Origin: Bdellovibrionota bacterium
Lineage (GTDB): Bacteria; Bdellovibrionota_G; JALEGL01; DATDPG01
NCBI GenBank assembly: GCA_963668355.1
Contig: OY764265.1
Location: 1,632,001-1,696,000, forward strand
Reading direction: 5' to 3'
Length of the DNA: 64,000 nucleotides
The translations under genes and the position numbers were made by a program. Below are positions 10,272-19,569 of the stretch, piece after piece. The notes under the pieces are model-generated. The model was given only the letters and a program-made list of their open reading frames with translations. It was not told where the DNA came from and did no database searches. The stretch's first letter is position 1; every line of letters starts with the position of its first letter.

Positions 10272-11248
10272 AGAAATCCGGTGGTTGGTCTCTGACGGAG
10301 TTGCTCATTGGCCTGGCGGTTTTTGCCATCGTGATGGCTGGAATTTATCAATACTTTGTTGGGGCCACGCGTCTGTCTCAAGACACGATCAAGCAAAACG
10401 TATTTGAACGAAACGTTCGAAGTTTAAAAGCCTTGCTGGAGAGAAGAGTCAAAAACTTAGGCTTCAATCCTCTGTTGACGCCCTATGATATTTTTTCAAA
10501 TTGTGACAACCCCCCTTCTCCGTTCAGTGCCAATCGCATTGGCTTGGCAGCGGCGGAGCCTCATCGAATGTTGTTTACCTCGGATGACAATATCTTGTTT
10601 AAGCCAGATCCGACCAACGCGGATGGCTGGACCGGGAGCATCCAGCCCTCGGAAAAATACGGGTTCTGGGTTGCTTCAGATGCTCATTCCCCGGCCATCA
10701 ATTTCAGTCACTTGACCAATTCTGATGGCGAACTATGTGATCCTCTGACGGAGGGTTCTTTCACGGAAACCTATTCTCTTTTTCAGCGCGTAAAGAATGG
10801 AGACTCTCCAAATTATTTGACGGAGAGTACGGTTGCCTCCGCCTTGGCCAATAATGTGGCCTGTTTTGAGGTTCGGTATTATGCGCCGTCTCCGATCGGG
10901 TCTGCAGATGCATGGACACGGGTTTGGGATGGAAGCACTGAAGAAGAAATGGTTTATCGGATTCCTTCGACATTTGACTGCCTTGACCCAGATGTGGATA
11001 CGGGGTTTCCAAACTATTTTCGGTACGTTCGAGATAGCATTCGTTTAATTCGAATGGGATTGGTCTTGGTCGCTCCCCGCAGTGAGACAGATGAAATTGC
11101 CCGAACGAATCGCTTTACCGGGGATGGGCGAAAAGCGACACGAGTCATTGTTGAGACCCGACTTGGAAATGTTCCATGGATGTCCAATACACTCATGTCT
11201 TCTGACGGGACATCGGTGTGTATGCCAACCGGAAACTGTTCTCCTTAA
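10268..11248 (+). CDS. PilW-like minor pilin with prepilin cleavage/methylation motif
   Basis: MKKSGG-WSLTELLIGLAVFAIVMAGIY: G(-1), E5, hydrophobic helix. Its start overlaps the upstream stop (TTGA). Confidence 0.8.
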   Translation: MKKSGGWSLTELLIGLAVFAIVMAGIYQYFVGATRLSQDTIKQNVFERNVRSLKALLERRVKNLGFNPLLTPYDIFSNCDNPPSPFSANRIGLAAAEPHRMLFTSDDNILFKPDPTNADGWTGSIQPSEKYGFWVASDAHSPAINFSHLTNSDGELCDPLTEGSFTETYSLFQRVKNGDSPNYLTESTVASALANNVACFEVRYYAPSPIGSADAWTRVWDGSTEEEMVYRIPSTFDCLDPDVDTGFPNYFRYVRDSIRLIRMGLVLVAPRSETDEIARTNRFTGDGRKATRVIVETRLGNVPWMSNTLMSSDGTSVCMPTGNCSP

Positions 11249-11258
11249 ATTCCAGAGC

Positions 11259-14200
11259 TTAGGGGCGACGACGCCAGTCGATTTTTCCCAACCTTCTCAT
11301 GGCCGGGGTCGAACGCCACCGCGTACAAAGTTGAGATGAACGCTCGGCCAGGTCCATGTCGCCCAAAACCAGGAAGCGGCTTTCGAAAAACAATTCCATT
11401 TCACGTTGCATATTCCACGTGTGCGTGGACACTTGTTCTTCTACTTGCGTGCGTAGGTGTTGTTTCCAACTCTCTTCTTCTTCGAAGAAATCATTCGCAA
11501 TCAAATCTCTGGAGATAGAACTGCCGAGCAGGGGTTCCATATTCGGGTGAACTGGAATGAAAAATTCAAGCGACCGATCCTCATCTTGCTTGCGTGCCTC
11601 CTCGTGAGCCAAGAGAAGGGGCTTTTTCTTTTTCTCATAAGCTTGAGTCAGTTCGATCAGGTTCTGTTTATATTCGCGTTTTGCCTCTTCGAGAGACGAC
11701 AGAATTGTGGGAAGTGGGAATTCAAAGATTCCATACGAAAGCGTATCTCCGATCAGAATTCCGGACCCCACGGGCGCCCCGGTGAGAGAAGCTTGATCAT
11801 AGTCACGCTTGATTTGTTGCCAATAGCGTACGTCTTTGCTCAGCCGATGTTTCTCGGCTTGAAATTCAGCGTGGGCTTTGGAGAGAGGGGAGATGATGTC
11901 CAAATAAGCATAATAATGTTGAAAAGCTTCGGCCACAGGAGCCATCCATTGACTTAACTCTTCTAAAGTAGGATCTGCGTTGGAACAAAATACCTGTTGG
12001 TCAAACTCCATCATTCGATCGGCCAACTGGTTGCGTAGATCGTTGACTTGCCATTTCTCAAGCAGTTTGTCTTCGACCCAGTTTTCCAAGCGGATCAAGG
12101 AAAACTCTGCAATGACGGAAAGAGGGATTTCAAGCAAGGATAAGGTTCCTAGGGATTTGGCTTTCCATCCTGTGGCGGCGAGTTTCACACCGGAAAAACC
12201 GTTTCGAATCAAACGAAGGGTTCGGTTGACGGTGAAGGAGGCCAATACAATGTTTCCCATTTGACGTGGCTGGTTCTTCCAGTCCAGATGTCCATTGGCC
12301 AGTTCGACGGCCAGAAGTGCAAACCACAACCGTGTTGCCCGGGCGGATGCCCCTCGAAGTCCGGAGGTGCCTAAATCGGCTTTCAGGAAACGACGCGAAG
12401 CCATTCCACCCACCTGTCCCCCGATTTCCAAGGGAATGTACACTTCCTCTAAATTGTTCAGGACGTGGGAGAGCGTTAGACGACGAAGAACCATCGGGTC
12501 TTTCGTGATGGCGGCCTCAATGGCCGTGCTTCCATACTCTCCGATCGCATAGACCCCGGCTCCGGCAATGGGTCTGGAAGAAAGCATCTTTCCAGCCGAG
12601 TCAAAGCCGTTGGCCAAGGCTTCTTTGGGACGACCGCGACCTGAATTTTGATTTGTCGATTCCATCCAAGGTCCAGGAATAAGAGTGGTGTGGAGGGTGA
12701 TGTCCTTCCCCCTTGCAGAAGAGGATGACCCTGCCACTTCCAAAAGGAGGCGTTGAAAATCATAGAGTGCTTGAAGGGGAGGCATTCGTTGAATTCGAGA
12801 TGAGATGTCCTCGGATTGCTTTTGTGCTTTTTGTTCTAAGACCTCGTGGGCTTGCTCCAGACGAGCGGTTTCAAGAGTCAAAGAGGTATTCAAAAGCGCC
12901 GAACGAATTCGGGGAAACGTTTTGGCTCGAGCAGAGGCGAAAGCTTCCAAAGAACTTGTGCAATTGCGTAAGTGTCTCCCCAGAGCCTCAGAAAAACGAT
13001 TGCCTTGGCCGAGTCGTTCCGAATGATCCAATCCCCATTGAATATCGGCAAGTCTTTCGCGGGTTTCATCAATGGCTTCGGTTACTGCAAAACCGGGTTT
13101 GCCATAGTCAGCCCATCTTAGGGAAATCGCTTCAATGGTCGAAGCCCAAATGGTCAGGCCCTTGCCTGAAAAATAATTCTGGGCTTTTTGAAGGCGGCTC
13201 TTCAGAGCTTCTGTCTTTTCGATCAACGCCTCCAGGTCTTTCACGGCCTGTTCTGTCTCGAAAAAATTTTGTTCGGCTTCTGCCAGCGTGGTTCGATAGG
13301 TGTTGGCATGTTCCCAACCGCTTGGAAGTAGGTTGGTTGGGATTTGGCCAAGAACTTGGGCTTCTTGAACCAAGTTAAATAATGTTCGCATGGAATGAGA
13401 CCTCTCCGCGGGGGTGAGGAAATCGTTTTCTAAGTGTTCCACTTCAGCCGAGATTGCTTGGGCCGTGTGACGCAATTGTCGCCACTCGCTTTTTCGTTCG
13501 GCCTCAGTGCGTTCGGCCCATCGATCCAGATACGCCGAAGAGCGCACTCGACCATCGTAATCCAAATGATTCAATGCAGCTCGGATGCGAGCTTGAGCTT
13601 CTTTGTAAGCTTTTTGAAGGAGGTATCCTCCAGGACCGATCACCGTGCTTAAGTCGGTTCCGGCCTTCAGCGCAGCGTTGATGCGTGTGTTAGGAAGCTC
13701 TTCCAGAACATTTTCAATTTTTTGATGGGTTTGCTTTTCAAGCGTGGAGATTTGACGGGGTTTTAAATCTTCGAAACGTAAGCGGTTTAGGGTTTCAAGA
13801 CTCTCTTGCAAAAGCGTACACCAAGATTTTAGAGTCTCAATTTCTTCGGCGTGACGGTTGCGAATATGCTCCAAAGCGCGGACGGCCGCGGCTTGATCTC
13901 TGTGGTGAATCGTTGTGGGAACCGAAGTTTTGAGGGTTTCTTGGCTTCCATCCAAAAGGGTGACCGTTACGTTTCGGACTTTGGTTGTGGGAACGGTCCT
14001 TCCTTGTCTCGCATCGGCTTGGGGGAGAGGATAGGCATTCTCATTTAAGAGGTTGAACGTCCCTTCCACACCTTCAAGCATGGCAGGTATCTGGGATCGG
14101 AGCTGCCTCGGGTCCGTATTCTGAATGCGAAGGAGCTGAACCGTGAGTTTTTCCTCCAGTAAAGCGGATCTTTGATTATTCTCCCCGGTTTTATCGGAGG

Positions 14201-15239
14201 TTCGTAATTTCGCATTCAATTCTTCTAAACGCTCGCGCGTTGGAATCTCAGTCGGGAAAGGGGGGAGGGCATACCTTTGAGCTAAATGAAAAATCGCCTC
14301 TTGAAGGGATTCTGCAATGGGCTCTCCCGGTTTGGTGGTTACATGTAAATTTAACGCTCGCTTGATTTGGCTCACTTCTCTTAATCCCACCTCGATTTGA
14401 AGACGTCGTTCATTTCCTAAAAAGGTCGCTCGAGCTTGAGTCAAACTATCGATGATGGAAGAAGGCCAGAGATGAATCGTTTCATGAGGAAGAAGATTCT
14501 CGGGAATTTGGGCGTAAGGAATAACTTGATAAGGATGTTTTCCGGCCTGAATGTTTTCTGGAACGAAGCGTCGGTTATTGGCTATGGCCTCTGGAAATGC
14601 CGCATTTCTTGCTCTTCGTGCGATGGGATAGGGTTCAACCTTTCCCATTAGGCGGATCAGTCGTTCCTGTTGATCGGGAAGGGCAAGATCAAACGCCAAT
14701 CGCCACGCTTGGATGATGGAAGGGTGGGCTCCGGAATTGGTGAGTCGGCCGTATTCGATGATGTCTCCCAATTGCGTGATCAAAAATCCTCGGAGCCATT
14801 TTCCCTGAAGGGAATGGTTCGCATCCTGGAAGACGGGTAAAAGATCCCTTGAAAAACGAATCAATGTTTCGTTTGTGCTTTCACCGGGGGCTTTGGTCAA
14901 ACATGCTTGACTCAGATTTCGGGAGAGGGCGTTCAGACCCCGTTCGTCGAGATACGGAAGGGCCAAAAACAAAAGACGGGAATCGAATTGACCTTCGTTG
15001 GCACGTTGATGGAAACGTCTCACCATCTCTTGGAGGATTAATTCCCTTTTGGTGCGGTTGGTTCGTTGCGTTTCCAGGTAATTTTGTAATTCGGAGAGGG
15101 GGAGTGTGGATAAGGATTGGCCTTCTTCGAGGATTCGAATTGTTTCCGGAGAAGGTGCTCCCCGTTCTTGGGTCCAGGCGGGACTCCCGTAGAGTCCAAG
15201 GGTTAGGCCCATGGCTAAGATGAAGAAAATTCGGGACAT
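11259..15239 (-). CDS. Large secreted hypothetical protein, helical/coiled-coil (1326 aa)
   Basis: Long ORF with signal peptide MSRIFFILAMGLTLGLYGSPAWTQ; no recognisable catalytic motif. Confidence 0.75.
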   Translation of the reverse strand: MSRIFFILAMGLTLGLYGSPAWTQERGAPSPETIRILEEGQSLSTLPLSELQNYLETQRTNRTKRELILQEMVRRFHQRANEGQFDSRLLFLALPYLDERGLNALSRNLSQACLTKAPGESTNETLIRFSRDLLPVFQDANHSLQGKWLRGFLITQLGDIIEYGRLTNSGAHPSIIQAWRLAFDLALPDQQERLIRLMGKVEPYPIARRARNAAFPEAIANNRRFVPENIQAGKHPYQVIPYAQIPENLLPHETIHLWPSSIIDSLTQARATFLGNERRLQIEVGLREVSQIKRALNLHVTTKPGEPIAESLQEAIFHLAQRYALPPFPTEIPTRERLEELNAKLRTSDKTGENNQRSALLEEKLTVQLLRIQNTDPRQLRSQIPAMLEGVEGTFNLLNENAYPLPQADARQGRTVPTTKVRNVTVTLLDGSQETLKTSVPTTIHHRDQAAAVRALEHIRNRHAEEIETLKSWCTLLQESLETLNRLRFEDLKPRQISTLEKQTHQKIENVLEELPNTRINAALKAGTDLSTVIGPGGYLLQKAYKEAQARIRAALNHLDYDGRVRSSAYLDRWAERTEAERKSEWRQLRHTAQAISAEVEHLENDFLTPAERSHSMRTLFNLVQEAQVLGQIPTNLLPSGWEHANTYRTTLAEAEQNFFETEQAVKDLEALIEKTEALKSRLQKAQNYFSGKGLTIWASTIEAISLRWADYGKPGFAVTEAIDETRERLADIQWGLDHSERLGQGNRFSEALGRHLRNCTSSLEAFASARAKTFPRIRSALLNTSLTLETARLEQAHEVLEQKAQKQSEDISSRIQRMPPLQALYDFQRLLLEVAGSSSSARGKDITLHTTLIPGPWMESTNQNSGRGRPKEALANGFDSAGKMLSSRPIAGAGVYAIGEYGSTAIEAAITKDPMVLRRLTLSHVLNNLEEVYIPLEIGGQVGGMASRRFLKADLGTSGLRGASARATRLWFALLAVELANGHLDWKNQPRQMGNIVLASFTVNRTLRLIRNGFSGVKLAATGWKAKSLGTLSLLEIPLSVIAEFSLIRLENWVEDKLLEKWQVNDLRNQLADRMMEFDQQVFCSNADPTLEELSQWMAPVAEAFQHYYAYLDIISPLSKAHAEFQAEKHRLSKDVRYWQQIKRDYDQASLTGAPVGSGILIGDTLSYGIFEFPLPTILSSLEEAKREYKQNLIELTQAYEKKKKPLLLAHEEARKQDEDRSLEFFIPVHPNMEPLLGSSISRDLIANDFFEEEESWKQHLRTQVEEQVSTHTWNMQREMELFFESRFLVLGDMDLAERSSQLCTRWRSTPAMRRLGKIDWRRRP

Positions 15240-15321
15240 TCAGGGAGGCTTGTAACAAAAGATGACGCAAGATGCTAACTCTTAAAATGGCGTATTTTTA
15301 ATGGGTTAGACGCTCTTGGAT

Positions 15322-15918
15322 TTACTTTTTTTTGGCTTCGTCTCGGGCACGAACGGCCTCTAGTAGAACCCAGTCGCTTCGAACCGTACCGGGCAAAACC
15401 AATTCGGTGAGATTGACCATGATTCCATCCGGACTGCGATGGTTTTTGGAGCAGAAGAAAAACAGGCCTTTTTTCCAATCAATGACTTGCGCCACGATCT
15501 CTTGAATTTGAATCACAACTGCATCTCGAATGGCTTTTTCTTCCACCGCACCCAGTTTTACCAAGACGCTTCCCAGGGGAATTTTCCCCTCTGAAATTTT
15601 TTGGATTCGGAGGGCGTGTTTCAAGATGTCTTTTTCAATGGAACCCTGTTTGAGAAGGATCTCCCCAATATTGGTTTGTCCGGTTCCCGTGGCGCGAATG
15701 AGATGTCCTTCCTGAATGAAAAGCTCCGCGACTTTTCCTTGAATCTCATGGAATGTGAGAATGCCGCTGGGACGACTGCTCAAGACATATTGAATACCAT
15801 CAATGGCTGAAAAGTGTTCCAGTCTTCCCGCTAGAATCGCTTCCGAAAATTTGGACAAGGAAGTGCGCAGATGTTTGGGCGTGCAAGGCTCTTTTTTTTT
15901 GGATGAAAAGACTCCCAT
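15322..15918 (-). CDS. DUF4388 (PatA N-terminal-like) domain protein
   Basis: LAGRLEHF...IQYV...SGILTF...LFIQEGHLIRA, IGEILLKQG, LGSVLVKLG, VIDWKKGLFFF and VLLEAVRARDE, the typical DUF4388 pattern. Confidence 0.8.
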   Translation of the reverse strand: MGVFSSKKKEPCTPKHLRTSLSKFSEAILAGRLEHFSAIDGIQYVLSSRPSGILTFHEIQGKVAELFIQEGHLIRATGTGQTNIGEILLKQGSIEKDILKHALRIQKISEGKIPLGSVLVKLGAVEEKAIRDAVVIQIQEIVAQVIDWKKGLFFFCSKNHRSPDGIMVNLTELVLPGTVRSDWVLLEAVRARDEAKKK

Positions 15919-15944
15919 TGAGTGGAGGGTATTCTACCCAAGGC

Positions 15945-15979
15945 AAAAAAAACGCCCCACAAAATTGTGGGGCGTTTTT
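15945..15979. terminator. Intrinsic terminator downstream of ahpC (potentially bidirectional)
   Basis: AAAAAAAACGCCCCACAA-AA-TTGTGGGGCGTTTTT: GC-rich stem flanked by A and T tracts. Confidence 0.85.
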
Positions 15980-15999
15980 CGGTTGAGTCTAGAGAGAGC

Positions 16000-16587
16000 T
16001 TAGGATCCAAAATACTCTTTGAGACCTGAATCCGAAGGCTTCATGCTTTTGTCGCCTTTGTTCCAGTTGGCCGGACAAACCTCACCGTTCTTTTCGAAGA
16101 ACTGAAGTGCATCCACCATTCGCAGGGACTCGTCCACATTTCTTCCCAAGGGAAGGTCGTTCACGACTTGGTGGCGAACGACGCCATTTTTGTCGATCAA
16201 GAAGAAGCCACGATACGCAACACCTGCGCCTTCCACTTCAATCCCATAGTCACGCGTAATCGTTTTGTTCATGTCCGAAACGATGGGGTACGTGACGCCT
16301 TTAATTCCACCCTGCTCTTTCGGCGTGTTAAGCCAAGCGAAGTGAGAAAATTGAGAATCCACGGATGCGCCAATGACTTGGACGTTTCGCTCTTCAAAAT
16401 CGGCCAGCTTTTCCTGGAATGCGTGGAGTTCTGTCGGACAAACAAAGGTGAAATCCAAGGGGTAGAAAAATAGGGCCACATATTTTTTGCCTTTAAATTG
16501 AGACAACGTGAAATTTTCAACCATTTCGCCGTTAACGACGGCATTGGCTTTGAAATCAGGGGCCTGCTTTCCAACTAATACGCTCAT
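16000..16587 (-). CDS. ahpC: 2-Cys peroxiredoxin (AhpC/Prx1)
   Basis: FYPLDFTFVCPTE, GRNVDE and GEVCPANW motifs; SD AAGGAG. Confidence 0.95.
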   Translation of the reverse strand: MSVLVGKQAPDFKANAVVNGEMVENFTLSQFKGKKYVALFFYPLDFTFVCPTELHAFQEKLADFEERNVQVIGASVDSQFSHFAWLNTPKEQGGIKGVTYPIVSDMNKTITRDYGIEVEGAGVAYRGFFLIDKNGVVRHQVVNDLPLGRNVDESLRMVDALQFFEKNGEVCPANWNKGDKSMKPSDSGLKEYFGS

Positions 16588-16608
16588 AATGCTCTCCTTA
16601 AAATTAGG

Positions 16609-17019
16609 TTAATGTTTTGCACAATTCTCACAAAGACCGGACAGAAGTATGGATACTTCTTCCACATGGGCCTTGTTTTCCTCTTCAAACTTTCTAAAGC
16701 TAGGGGGGGGCGCTTCCAAGCCAACATCTTTCACCAAGCCACAATTGCGGCAAAGGAAATGGTGATGTGGCTCCACTTCAAAATCATACGAAGAATGTTC
16801 CTTGTCGATTTTGAGTTCTCGAATGAGTCCCAATTTTACGAGGGATCCTACGGTATTGTAGACCGTGGCCATGCTCATGGTCGGATACTGCGATTTCAGG
16901 TCTTGAAAGATCTGCGCAGCCGTTGGATGAGCATGATTGCCCTCCAAGTAGTCAAGAATTGCCAACCGTTGAGGGGTAAGCTTCAGACCGCTTTCTCGTA
17001 GTTTTTCCTGTAGTCCCAT
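16609..17019 (-). CDS. perR: Fur-family peroxide regulator PerR
   Basis: KLTPQRLAIL, HPTA, ATVYNT, HHHFLCRNCG and GLCENC; lies immediately upstream of ahpC. Confidence 0.8.
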   Translation of the reverse strand: MGLQEKLRESGLKLTPQRLAILDYLEGNHAHPTAAQIFQDLKSQYPTMSMATVYNTVGSLVKLGLIRELKIDKEHSSYDFEVEPHHHFLCRNCGLVKDVGLEAPPPSFRKFEEENKAHVEEVSILLSGLCENCAKH

Positions 17020-17020
17020 A

Positions 17021-17076
17021 ATTTAGAATCGTTTCTAATTAATAATGAATCTAAATTAGAACGATTCCGAAGTCAA
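17021..17076 (-). promoter_or_regulatory. Sigma70 promoter of perR-ahpC with overlapping Per/Fur-like inverted repeats
   Basis: Minus strand TTGACT (17071..17076)-17 nt-TAGATT (17048..17053). Palindrome TTAGAATCGTTTCTAA at 17023..17038, with a related inverted copy in the spacer. Confidence 0.7.
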
Positions 17077-17137
17077 CCCCTTTTTTTGACGCCAAAGCCT
17101 CTTCGGCGGGAGCGGGGGGTGGGAGCTCAGAGAGGGG

Positions 17138-17584
17138 CTAGCTAAAATCTCGGTCCATGACGGTTTTCCGGCCGTCTCGTTGGGCGTTCTCAATGGCTTG
17201 GTCGCAAAGCCTTCGAATTTCTTCGGAGAGGCGAGGCATGACATTGGCTGAGGTGCTCATTCCGGATTTTTCTTTGATGTAAGATTTCAATTTTGATGCA
17301 ACAACGAGAATGTCGGAACTCATGGGGGGTCCTTTCTGAAGGTTAGAAGTCAATCGAGAGGATGTTGACGAAGAAGAAGCGTCTGGGCTTGGGGGAAGCG
17401 CTGTGCGTTCCTCCGCCCAAGAGTCACGATGGTTATATATGGGAACATGGCTGTCCCAACAAGCCACGGAACAAAAAACAAAATTGGTTCTTTTTTGATT
17501 GCAGGTGCTGACATTGCAGATCCAATATTTTGCTCCTACCTCGATGGGTTTTTTGCACACGCTGCAGTTTCGCCAGATCGTCAC
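17138..17584 (-). CDS. Bacterial histone with N-terminal ZZ-type zinc finger (Bd3044-like; C-terminal Bd0055-like histone fold)
   Basis: N-terminal CSVC...C..STC...FCSVACWDSH Cys/His finger and Ser/Pro linker, then DILVVASKLKSYIKEKSGMSTS...LSEEIRRLC..AIENAQRDGRKTVMDRDF with the histone-fold RKTV..RD clamp. Confidence 0.85.
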   Translation of the reverse strand: MTIWRNCSVCKKPIEVGAKYWICNVSTCNQKRTNFVFCSVACWDSHVPIYNHRDSWAEERTALPPSPDASSSSTSSRLTSNLQKGPPMSSDILVVASKLKSYIKEKSGMSTSANVMPRLSEEIRRLCDQAIENAQRDGRKTVMDRDFS

Positions 17585-17653
17585 GAGGGAAGCATTATAT
17601 TCCGAATTTGAAAGAAAAGGTCATGGAAAGTTACGCTTATCGCAGAGGGAGGG

Positions 17654-18133
17654 TTAGCGACGAGATCGGCCTCGACCTTCCCCTCGGCCTTTTCGTTGGT
17701 AAAGATGAGAATCGGAGTGCTCGTCTTCATGGTCCATTTCATATCCTTGGGAAGGTTTATGCACTTTGGGCTTCATGATCCAAGAGCTCAAAGAGCCTAG
17801 TCCAACGCAAAGGAAAATCACGGTGACCGTGATGCGAAGCCATTTGTTCTTAATATAGGAGCGAAACGTTCCTTTGATGAAGCTCCAATGCAAAAAAAGA
17901 TGAAGCATGAGCAGAGCCAAAAAAACCAAACCGAGAATGAAATGAAGCTCTCCCCATTCATGTCGGTCCCAACCCCAGAGTGTGAGCTCGACGCCTCGCC
18001 CATAGACTTCCCGAACCTCTCGTCCAGTAGGAAGAACCCAGTTCATGATGAATCCGATTCCAATGATGAGCATCATGCAGAGAAAAAGAATGAGATCATT
18101 TGTAAAGTTTAATTTTGTTTTCAAAGAAGGCAT
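17654..18133 (-). CDS. DUF4405 family membrane protein (cytochrome b-like)
   Basis: Three TM helices; WGELHFILG and LHLFLHWSFIK His motifs; GRG-rich tail. Confidence 0.75.
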   Translation of the reverse strand: MPSLKTKLNFTNDLILFLCMMLIIGIGFIMNWVLPTGREVREVYGRGVELTLWGWDRHEWGELHFILGLVFLALLMLHLFLHWSFIKGTFRSYIKNKWLRITVTVIFLCVGLGSLSSWIMKPKVHKPSQGYEMDHEDEHSDSHLYQRKGRGEGRGRSRR

Positions 18134-18212
18134 GATGGGAAAATTCTATCTCGATTCGATTCCTTTTTCGAGATGTTGTTCGAGGGAATCCAAGCCCCAG
18201 GGAGGAGAGCTC

Positions 18213-18776
18213 ATGAGAAAAAAAGATGCCCCAAAAACCAATGAATTGTTTACGGAGAGGTGGTCTCCGCGTGCATTTGAGGAATCTCCACTCGAACAAG
18301 CAGAGATCGATGCGCTATTCGAGGCCGCGCGTTGGTCTCCTTCTTGTTACAATGATCAGCCTTGGTACTTTGTCTACGCCACTGAAGGAGAGCCCCTCAA
18401 ACGACTGCAATCGGTATTGGTCGATTCCAATCAAGTATGGGCCAAGAAAGCACCGATGTTGGTGATGGTTTTTGCTCGGAGGAATTTCGCGCACAATCAA
18501 AAGGAAAATAAGTGGTCTGAGTTTGATGTGGGGGCCTCCACGATGGCCTTAATTTTCCAGGCGCATTTCATGGGCTTGAGTTGTCACCCCATGGCGGGCT
18601 TCTCCCCCGAAAAGGCCTATGAAGTTTGTGGTGTGGATCCCAAAACCCACAAAGCCATGTGTGCGTTGGTGGTTGGAAAACAGGGAGATCGGAAAACCTT
18701 GCCTTCGGATATTCAGGAAAGAGAATTTCCCAATGATCGCCACCCCACGGGTGAATTTGTTCAAAAACTTTCTTAG
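18213..18776 (+). CDS. Nitroreductase family protein
   Basis: ERWSPRAF, FEAARWSPSCYNDQPW and HPMAGF. Start moved to ATG 18213 after SD GGAGGAG. Confidence 0.9.
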   Translation: MRKKDAPKTNELFTERWSPRAFEESPLEQAEIDALFEAARWSPSCYNDQPWYFVYATEGEPLKRLQSVLVDSNQVWAKKAPMLVMVFARRNFAHNQKENKWSEFDVGASTMALIFQAHFMGLSCHPMAGFSPEKAYEVCGVDPKTHKAMCALVVGKQGDRKTLPSDIQEREFPNDRHPTGEFVQKLS

Positions 18777-18912
18777 GTTAACCAACGCAAAGCATTGTTT
18801 TGGCCGTTCCTTTCTCCGGAGTAGAAGGGGCTTTCCGAGGTTTGAAGAAAAAAACCTGTAGAAAATCATAGAAATTTGATTTCTCAAGGGGTTCTGGCAA
18901 AAAGACCTTCCA

Positions 18913-19560
18913 TTGAGTCAGATTTTTCCGAAAAAGACAGATGTGGTGTTGAAGGCTTTGGGTCCTTTCTCGGCCCTCGGAGCCCTCGTGGTTGTGGGGT
19001 TGGTCTGGTATTACTTTTCACCTGAATACACGAATGTTGGCTACAAACCTTCGCAACCCATTGAATACAGCCACAAGCTTCATGCCGGCGACCTGGGGAT
19101 GGATTGTCGATATTGCCATACGAGTGTGGAAACGACGGCCTTCGCGGGTGTCCCTCCGGTTCAAACCTGCATGAATTGTCATAAATTGATTCTGACGGAG
19201 AGTGAAAAACTCAAAGCACTCTATGAAAGTTGGGATTCTGGAAAACCCATCGCGTGGACGCGCGTGCATGATTTGGCGGATTACGTCTATTTTGACCATA
19301 GTGCCCATTTGAATGCGGGGGTCGGGTGTGAAAGTTGTCACGGAAATATCACTCAAATGGACGTTGTAAAGCAGGTTCATTCATTAAGCATGGCGTGGTG
19401 TTTGGATTGTCATCGGAATCCCGATAAGCACTTAAGGCCCAAAAGCAAAGTCACCGAAATGGGATGGGTTCCTCCCGCCAACCAGCTGGAAATGGCCCAA
19501 AAGTTCAAAAAGGAGAGAAATCTGAAGCCTTCGAGTGATTGCACGGTTTGTCATCGTTAG
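18913..19560 (+). CDS. actA: Alternative complex III pentaheme cytochrome c subunit ActA
   Basis: One TM anchor and five CxxCH motifs (CRYCH, CMNCH, CESCH, CLDCH, CTVCH); QPIEYSHKLH and LSMAWCLDCHR. Confidence 0.9.
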   Translation: MSQIFPKKTDVVLKALGPFSALGALVVVGLVWYYFSPEYTNVGYKPSQPIEYSHKLHAGDLGMDCRYCHTSVETTAFAGVPPVQTCMNCHKLILTESEKLKALYESWDSGKPIAWTRVHDLADYVYFDHSAHLNAGVGCESCHGNITQMDVVKQVHSLSMAWCLDCHRNPDKHLRPKSKVTEMGWVPPANQLEMAQKFKKERNLKPSSDCTVCHR

Positions 19561-19569
19561 GGAGATGTT

